Source of the DNA: Eledone cirrhosa
Lineage: Eukaryota
Assembly: GCA_964016885.1 (NCBI GenBank)
Contig: CAXHJY010000431.1
Span: forward strand, 1-64,000
Reading direction: 5' to 3'
DNA: 64,000 bases
The notes beneath the pieces were generated by a model that was not told the DNA's origin, made no database searches, and worked only from the letters and a program-made list of their open reading frames with translations. Shown piece by piece: positions 54,690 to 64,000 of the stretch. A program made the translations under genes and the position numbers. The first letter of the stretch is position 1. Every line of letters begins with the position of its first letter.

Positions 54690-54692
<3 letters not shown>
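54131..54692 (-). mobile_element. Non-coding HHR element in (TA)n, copy 2
   Basis: Homologous to 43865-44470; 54468-54524 is the inverse of 54131-54187. Confidence 0.75.
54202..54291 (-). ncRNA. Hammerhead with U3-A8 core, copy 2
   Basis: tcctc-TTGATAA-gtcggca...tgccac-GAAA-ctacgtag-TC-gagga. Confidence 0.8.
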
Positions 54693-54779
<87 letters not shown>

Positions 54780-55318
54780 GCCGAACACTATCATTTTCTT
54801 TTCTTCTTTTAAAAAAATCCTTTCAATTTTCAATTATGCTGAGATAAATGAAGGAACAGTCGAAAATATTCTATTGTATCGAATATATCTATAATACTTA
54901 TGAAAAGGAAGTTTGTACGTTGACCGCTAATAACATTAGATTAACATTTTTCGTGTGATTTCAACTAATCTGACCTCCAACATTCTAGCTAGCGACTTTT
55001 TCTTCGAAAAATGAATGGATTGTGGGGGTGAATTTACTGCTCTTATTAGCACATAGGTATTCTTGTCTATAATCTGCACTATAAGAACCGTGCCTGCCTG
55101 TTTACCCGTTTGTCATGTTATCTGTATATAGAGAGGGATATAATAGTCCACCGCTCATTCACTCCACTCCTTCTTCCTAACTAACAAAAACGTAATGTGT
55201 GAATAAACGAAAAAAATACGGAGGTTTTTTAGTTGTGTGTGTGTGTAGGTGTGTGTGTGTAGGTGTGTATGTGTGTGTATGTAGGTGTGTGTGTGTGGGG
55301 GGGTATGGGCGTGTGTGT

Positions 55319-56316
55319 TAGTGTGGCCCTTAGCAATAAGTAATTTTCCGAAAGTTAAAATGTTGCTGCCCCCAACCCTGTTCCAATCAATCTGACAACT
55401 GTTAGGCGAACCTCAAATGTCTTGAAGTTGGAACACAGTATACGCAACGATTAATTCTGTTCAAAAGCGGTATACTGTTCCCCCCACCCCAATCCATTTT
55501 CCGAAAAGAAGGTGATTGCGAGCATGTCTGAGGTTATATTAGTTGAAAACACACGAAAAAAAAACTTAGGAAACAAAATTTCTTCGTGATCCCCAGAGGG
55601 TGCTTTTCTCAAACGGCCGAAAGTGCTTATCTGTAACACTGAGGGTCCCCTCTGTTTTCGGAAAAAAGGAGTCGTTGGCGAGTGAATCAAATATCAGATA
55701 GGCCGACAGCAAACGAAAAAAACGTAGAAAAGAAAGATATTCCCCCTGAATAAATCTCGGGGGCTGGGAAAATCCGAGGGTACTCCCCCCCCCCCCAATT
55801 CCGTTTTTAGAAAAAAGTCTATTGCGAGCATTGTATTTCTCTCTCAATAATAACAACAGTCACCTGTCATTATATTGAGAGTCTTTTCTTAAGTCTGTGT
55901 TGCGTTGTTAGACACACACACACACACACTAAGGTGGCTTTTATTTTTCAACTTTCTCAAAGTTTGGGTCCCACTTCCCTATCCTATTTCAATTAACAAA
56001 ACGCCAATGTATGCAAAACTTTTTAGCTCAAGCGGACAACTGCAAGGCGACCCTCATCGTGAAATTTTGAAGTTTTCGCCCAGAAAGTCATTTTTTCAGA
56101 TAAAAACTTGTTATCTCTTATAGAATTTTCTCTTAAATTAAAACCTTGTTCAGATTTATTCTTGGTATTAGAAGGATAAGTGACAATAAATATAATGGGG
56201 AAGGAAACTTACAAAGCTGGGAACAGAGCGCAGGTATAGGACAAACACCTATTTTCGGTGTGGGAGAAGCAAAATTTTAACTTTCGGAAAATTACCTATT
56301 GCTAAGGGCCACCCTA
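55319..56316. mobile_element. Non-autonomous TIR transposon (TAGGGTG ends, hATm-like)
   Basis: ~42-bp TIRs tagtgtggcccttagcaataagtaattttccgaaagttaaaat / attttaactttcggaaaattacctattgctaagggccacccta; TSD not evident. Confidence 0.8.
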
Positions 56317-56474
56317 ATATACATATATCCGTATGTGGTTGACAGCTGAGAGAAATGAGTACTCGGTATTGAGTAATATATATATATATATATATACTCT
56401 CCTTACTATCCTTGCTTTCATATTTCTCCTTGTTCCCCTTTTCTCATTGTATTTGTATATAAACAATATATATA

Positions 56475-57237
56475 CAAGGAGAAAGGGAGAGCAAAGATAA
56501 AAGGAGAGCAAGGACAGCAAGGAGAGCAAGGGGAGGAAGGAGAAAAGGAGAGCAAGGAGAGGAATGAGAAAAGGAGAGCAAATAGAGCAATGAGAAAAGG
56601 AGAGCGAGGAGAACAAGGAGAAAAGGAGAACAAGGAGAAAAGGAGAGCTAAGACAAAAGGAGAGCAATGAGAAAAGGAGAGCAACGAGAGCAACGAGAGC
56701 AACGAGAAAATGAGAGCAATAAGAAAAAGAGAACAAGGAGTGCAATGAGAAAAGGAGAGCAAGGAGAGCAAGGATAAAAGAAGAGCAAAGAGAGCAAGGA
56801 TAAAAAGAGAGCATGGAGAGCAAGGAGAAAAAGGAGAGCAAGGAGAGCAATGATAAAGGGAGAGCAAGGAGAGCAATGAGAAAAGGAGGGAAATGAGAGC
56901 AAGGATAAAAGGAGAACAAGGAGAGCAAGGAGAAAAGGAGAGCAAATAGAGCAATGAGAACAAGGAGAAAAGGAGAACAACAACAAAAGGAGAGCAAAGA
57001 TAAAAGGAGAGCAAAGCCAAAAGGAGAGCAATGAGAAAAGGAGAGCAACGAGAGCAACGAGAGCAACGAGAAAATGAGAGCAATAAGAAAAAGAGAGCAA
57101 GGAGTGCAATGAGAAAAGGAGAGCAAGGAGAGCAAGGAGAGCAAGGATAAAAGGAGAGCAAGGAGAGCAAGGAGAGCAATGAGAAAAGGGGGTCAAGGAG
57201 GGCAAGGATAAAAGGAGAGCAATGAGAACAAGGAGAG
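56475..57237. repeat. Purine-rich 9-bp-unit minisatellite (GGAGAGCAA/GGAGAAAA variants)
   Basis: Direct reading; it produces the spurious Leu/Ser ORFs. Confidence 0.9.
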
Positions 57238-57239
57238 GT

Positions 57240-57562
57240 TATGCTGGAAGCAGACAAAGGTGAAAAAGTCAACTGAAGAGGTACATTCTGCACCAAAATG
57301 ACTCTTCTTCCTTTACAAACATCGAGTTTTCGTCTTTTTGTAACTCCTGGTAGAAAAACTTTCTTCACGAGATTTTCTATCAGCACCAATTTCCTCTACA
57401 AAGACCCTTCAACATGGAAACATGATCCTGGTTACAGAAGTGGACTTGAAAAACTTTAGAAGACAGTTGTTGTGAATGATGTTGCAGATAGAGGTGTCAA
57501 ACTCATTGAGCATTACAATAACAATCTCACAAAAGATGAAACTGAGAAACAATTTGTTTTAC
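57240..57562 (+). pseudogene. DNA transposase C-terminal remnant (hAT-related)
   Basis: FL.KDPSTW..VVNDVADRGVKLIEHYNNNLTKDETEKQ. Confidence 0.65.
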
Positions 57563-57899
57563 CTCCCAGCTTCGGAGATTTCGTCAGCGGGATAACAGAG
57601 ACGGGAAAGGAGGGGACACTCGAAGTTACATATAAGCACCTCTCAGTCGTTTAAATTTGTAGAAAAGAAATCCTTTGTTGTTTTGATCCTTTATCATTTT
57701 CTACTGTTGTGGAAAGCGTTGTAAGCTTAATTAATTAAGTATTCCTCAATTTTCAAATCCTCCATTCCAATGAGAAGTGGCTGTGAAAGAGCCCCCCCCC
57801 CCCTCCACAAAACCCCCCACAAAACAATGAAACGAAACAAAAAAAAAAACGAAAAACAAACAAACAAACAAAACATCACAGTAAATGCCATCAACAAAA

Positions 57900-58402
57900 T
57901 CTCTCACAGATGATCCCTGGAGGTAGCCAGACCTATAAATCTATTGACAACGTTGTCAAAGAAGACGAAAGTGATCATTATCTCGTTGAAATTTTCAACA
58001 GTCTGGAACCAACCTTGAATTGAAGAAGGAGATAGTCACCATGCTTCTCAGAAATTTGAATCATCCATAATTGTGCAATGGGACAAGTATGGTTGTGGCT
58101 GAACTACAACCTTACATTATCGAAGCCAAAAACCTTCACTGGATGTGGTAAGAGAGACATCATATGTATACGTGAAATATCGTTAATACCAAACGATTGA
58201 AATTCCCAGTGAGAGTCAGTTATGCAATAACCATTAACAAGTCCCAAGGTCAAACATTCCAGGTTATCGGTCTCCATCTAGAAGAGGGCTGTTTCTCACA
58301 TGGAATTGTATGTAGATTGTTCCAGACTAGGAAGAGCCTGTAAACTTCATGTATGCTCAAAAGAAAAAAGTTAAATACATTGTATATACTGAAGTTCTGT
58401 AA
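57900..58402 (+). pseudogene. Helitron PIF1-type helicase remnant
   Basis: SIDNVV..VEIFNSLEP; KFPVRVSYAITINKSQGQTF..GLHLEEGCFSHG. Confidence 0.85.
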
Positions 58403-58600
58403 ATGTTTATAATTTTCATAGAATACATTTATCTATTATTTTATTGCTTTCTGTATTTACATATTCTAAATAAATTTTTAAAATTATGTTGTGCAATATT
58501 TAAATACCTTTTAACATCTTTTATTCTAAGAACAATAGACATTATGATAGATGCTAATAGATGCTTTATGAATAGATTTCAACACAGTACAGACCAGGGG

Positions 58601-58725
<125 letters not shown>

Positions 58726-58809
58726 CGTGCGTATGTATACATCACAAGCGGTTTTAAGACGAAAACAGATGTGTGTTGATGTGTTGAAACCGCCGGTAAT
58801 GCAGAAATA

Positions 58810-58857
<48 letters not shown>

Positions 58858-58888
58858 ATATTTGCGCGCGTATATCTATCTACATGTA

Positions 58889-58919
<31 letters not shown>

Positions 58920-58922
58920 TTG

Positions 58923-58982
<60 letters not shown>

Positions 58983-59897
58983 TATGTTTCTTTATTAGCC
59001 ACAGGGGCACAAAAGAAGGGGACAAATACAAAGGGGGGAAGTTTACATACAATAAAAACGTGTAAAATATTATCACAAATGCAATTTAAAAAATTAGTCG
59101 ATTTTCCCTAATAGGGGGAGACAGTTCATATGGGTAACACATATATATACACAGATAGATAGATAGATAGATATTCAGTCATCATCCGATTCTTGTAAAC
59201 GCCCTCACTCTATGTAACTTCTTGTAATGTCCCATCCATCTGGTACCCCTGTGGCAAATAATAGAAATTATTATTATTATTATCATTATTATTCTTATTA
59301 TTATTGTTTCTATAAAATTTTGACTTGTATATTTTAACAATAAGAGACTACTAAATATGATGCTAGCTTGGGTATATTTTAACTTCTGATGCAGCTTAAC
59401 TACAACTACCAAATCAATATTTCTCCTTCACTATACTACACTTGTCTTTGCTTTGCTTTTTCTGAAAATCGTTGTCATGTAGTTTAATCACTTAGCAACC
59501 AGCTTGCTTTTAAACTCCGCAGGAGAAAGGTAAAACGCAAACAAAAAAGAAACAACAAAACAAAAACAAAAACAAACATTGTTTTGTCTTTGCTGAGATT
59601 ATTATCACATACAATAACTTAGGCGACGTTGAAAAGTAAAGTGCTGCTCGAAATATTAATTCATCGAATTCGGAGGGGAGGGAAAGTTGGTGTTGTCATC
59701 AATAATTACTTAGTACCGAATGTCACCGTCGTCGTCGCCACCGTTATCATCTTCGTCAACGTCGCCTCTATTTCTTATTATTCCATCCATGGACCCTCTT
59801 AACTCCTGATGGAGTCGTGGAGCATTTTAAACCTGTCGGATCCCATCGCAATGCAGATTTGAACACACCCGATTTCTCACTGCCCCCCCCCCCCGAG

Positions 59898-59967
<70 letters not shown>

Positions 59968-59988
59968 GGAGAGAGAAAGAGAGAGAAA

Positions 59989-60068
<80 letters not shown>

Positions 60069-60574
60069 TCGGCCCCAGTATTCCAGTATTGAACTGCTAC
60101 TTTATTTATCGATCTCGAAAGGATGAAAGGTAAACTTGACCTCGGCAGGGTTTAAACTAAGAACGCCGAGCACCGGAACAAATACCGCAGAGCATTTCAT
60201 ACGAGGTTCTAACGATTACAACCATTTCGACGCCTCATATTATTATTCAGTGCTAAAAAGTATTCACCAAAATTTTTCTCCGCAGTGAGTTGCGCTCTTT
60301 CTATTTCTTCTTGTTTGTTTAGCTGGTGTGTTGAAGTTGCTCAAATGTAGTGTTTATGTGTTAACGTGGTCATATGCAGTGCCGACGGCCCCACCCGCTC
60401 CGGCTCCATACTTCTGTGATTATTAGTGGAACGGAAAGAGAGATTGCTCGTGTACTTTTCTCTAAATTCTAAAAAAAAAAAAAAAAAAAAAGAGAATTTG
60501 AAACAAAAAGAAAGTAAAGTTAGAATCTTTTCAAAAGAAAAAGAAAAATAACGAAAAGAAAGTTTTGAAGTGGA

Positions 60575-60719
<145 letters not shown>

Positions 60720-60894
60720 TATGTATATGCATGCATACATACATACATAGGAATATACACATATAAAGACCCCTATCGTAATATGTTGGTCCTTGGTACA
60801 GTTTTATTTTCATTATATATTATATCATGTTATATTATATTATATATATATATATATTTATATACATGCATATATATACATGCATATATATACA

Positions 60895-60947
<53 letters not shown>

Positions 60948-61076
60948 TATATATATAACGAAGGAATTGTGGTAAGGAACCAGATGGACCATAACGCACC
61001 AAAGTTCTCAATACGTAGTGTGGTAGAGTGGGTAATAGGAACAAGAATGACCCCGACGGCAGAGCTCATTTGTTCC

Positions 61077-61127
<51 letters not shown>

Positions 61128-61186
61128 GGAACAAGTAAGACCCCGACGGCTGAGCTCAAGCCGTTTCGACGGCTACATTTCCTTCG

Positions 61187-61235
<49 letters not shown>

Positions 61236-61236
61236 C

Positions 61237-61348
<112 letters not shown>

Positions 61349-61362
61349 ATAAATATATATAT

Positions 61363-61520
61363 ATTTAAACGTATGTTGTTACTCTAAGGACCTACCCGTG
61401 TCGAGTGCTTTGCTAACTCATTCATATCGTATATATATATATATATATATATACGATATGAATGAGTTAGCAAAGCACTCGACACGGGTAGGTCCTTAGA
61501 GTAATAACATACGTTTAAAT
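61363..61520. repeat. Palindrome centred on a (TA)n tract
   Basis: 61363-61428 is the inverse of 61454-61520, with one mismatch. Confidence 0.92.
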
Positions 61521-61595
61521 AGCTTGACAAATTGAAGATTGTGGTAGGCAAAATCTAACACACGATACCAAAGTACCGAAAGAACTAATAGGTTG

Positions 61596-61681
<86 letters not shown>

Positions 61682-62046
61682 GTCACCAGGTGACAGCGAA
61701 AATGTAGATATAAAATGGTATTTATTGAATAATTCCACTGCTTATACGAGGTGTTCCCGATATGAGTGTATATATAGTCTGCTTCTACATACATGTTTTG
61801 TGCGCAGCGATAGGCATTAATATGTATGTATGTGAGCATGTATGTATTTATGTCTGTATGTATGTATGTAAGCATGCACGTATGTATGTATGTATGTATG
61901 TATGTATGTATGTATGTATGTATGTATGTATGTATGTATATATGTATGTATGTATGTATGTATCTATGTATGTGACCATGTATGTATGTATTTATGTATG
62001 TAAGCATGTATGTATGTATGTATGTGTGCATGTGCGTATGTATGTG

Positions 62047-62084
<38 letters not shown>

Positions 62085-62493
62085 TGTATGCGTGTATATA
62101 TATATAGTTGAATGTAATTATGTATGTATGCATATATATATACGTGTATAATTAAGTGTGCTTGTATTAGTCCATATATATATATGTATATACGTGTATG
62201 GGTGTATCTGTGTGTTTGCATGTGCTTATGCTTACGGTATACATTTGCGTGGAAGTGTATATATATTATTTTGCTCATGTGTGGGAGGCATATATGCAGG
62301 TATTTATATGATTTATTATGTATTTGCGTGTGTGTCTGTGTGTGCGGGCGTGTAAGTGTTGTGCCTGCGCGTGTGAATATCTGCATGTTCACGCGCGCTT
62401 ACATTAATGGGAAAAAATACAGCAGATGGCCCATAGCATTTCCAGCCGTATGACAACCCAAGGTTCAATATATATATTTGTTTAAATGTGTGC

Positions 62494-62602
<109 letters not shown>

Positions 62603-62620
62603 CTTATATATATATATATA

Positions 62621-62777
62621 TTTCGTAGGTACTGTGCTGTTTTTTCAGTACGTCCTCGTCAGATAATACTGCCAATACTGGAATTGAACCATCAAAACCG
62701 TTGAGGTATGTCATACATCAATTCATGTATTTTATCTGACGAGGACGTACTGAAAATAACAGCACAGTACCTCCGAA

Positions 62778-62790
<13 letters not shown>
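62621..62790. mobile_element. Fold-back fragment of the PLE-1 3'UTR family; both arms end in HHR stem III/(TA)n
   Basis: Plus arm 62667-62778 matches 40412-40521; minus arm 62621-62666; CTGACGA-ggacgtactg..cagtacctcc-GAAA-(TA)n. Confidence 0.85.
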
Positions 62791-62817
<27 letters not shown>

Positions 62818-62842
62818 GTATGTATGTATGTATGTCTGTATG

Positions 62843-62875
<33 letters not shown>

Positions 62876-62964
62876 TCTCTTTTACCTGTTCCAACCATCC
62901 GACTGAGGCCATGCTGGGGCACCGCTCTTGTTGTTACACATATATATGTGTGTGTATATATATA

Positions 62965-63136
<172 letters not shown>

Positions 63137-63146
63137 AATATATATA

Positions 63147-63227
<81 letters not shown>

Positions 63228-63887
63228 TGTGTGTGTGTGTGTATGTGTGTGACAGAGAGAGATAGGGAAAGAGCATGAAAGAGAGATGCATATGAAATTC
63301 AATGGGCCAACCATGTCACACCACGCCACGCTGAATCTCCCTGAGAATTAAGTTCAGGGTACACCTGTCTATGGAATGCTCAGCTGGTTACATGTTCAGT
63401 GCATAAACAGGTTATTCTGGTGCTCAAACAACTGGAACGCTCATCGTCGAAACCGACGGAGGTCAATCCCAATATGTATGTAGAATATAGATAGTGCGTA
63501 TGTGTGTGTATGTATGCTTGTAAGTGTGTGCATATGTTCGTATCGTTGTAATGTCCGTAGATGTCGTGGGCTTATTTCTGTGATTGAATATATGTATGTA
63601 TGTATGTATGTATGTGTGTATGTATGTATATATGTATGTGTGTACTTATGTATGTACTTATGTATGTATATATGTATGTATGTATCCATGTACGTATGCA
63701 CGCATGAACACACACACGCATATATGTATGTAAGTATGCATGAATATAAGTATGCTATGTGTGTATGTATATATATATGCATATATGTATATATGTATAT
63801 ATGTATATATGTATGTATGTTTGTATGTATGTATATATGTATATGTATATATATTTATATGTATGTATATATATATATATATATATG

Positions 63888-64000
<113 letters not shown>

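Noticed and set aside
56314-57389. Long Leu/Ser-rich membrane-like ORFs
   Set aside because: Antisense reading of the purine minisatellite.

Overview
This is an AT-rich, repeat-saturated animal genomic window with no supportable host gene. Its SINE types and (TA)n/(TATG)n density suggest a cephalopod such as Octopus (inference). Most ORF-track entries are microsatellite artefacts. Real coding remnants are all from transposons: two R4/Dong-type RLE LINE families inserted antisense in (TATG)n, RTE LINEs plus short 5'+3' RTE derivatives inserted sense in (TATG)n, four Penelope-like (Naiad-type GIY-YIG) remnants, a CR1, a non-autonomous LTR element with PBS/PPT/TSD, and Helitron, Tigger and hAT remnants. 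The main hidden signal is a dense set of type I hammerhead ribozymes (HHRs), read by eye. There are about 10 complete or near-complete motifs in at least 6 unrelated families, plus 3' halves. Nearly all have a palindromic stem III, some have the covariant U3-A8 core, and most sit in fold-back insertions in (TA)n. They include a 468-bp retrozyme-like tandem element present twice, and one family whose stem III is itself (TA)n and whose insertion ends at the predicted cleavage site. No folding, alignment or database search was run; coordinates are hand-counted.
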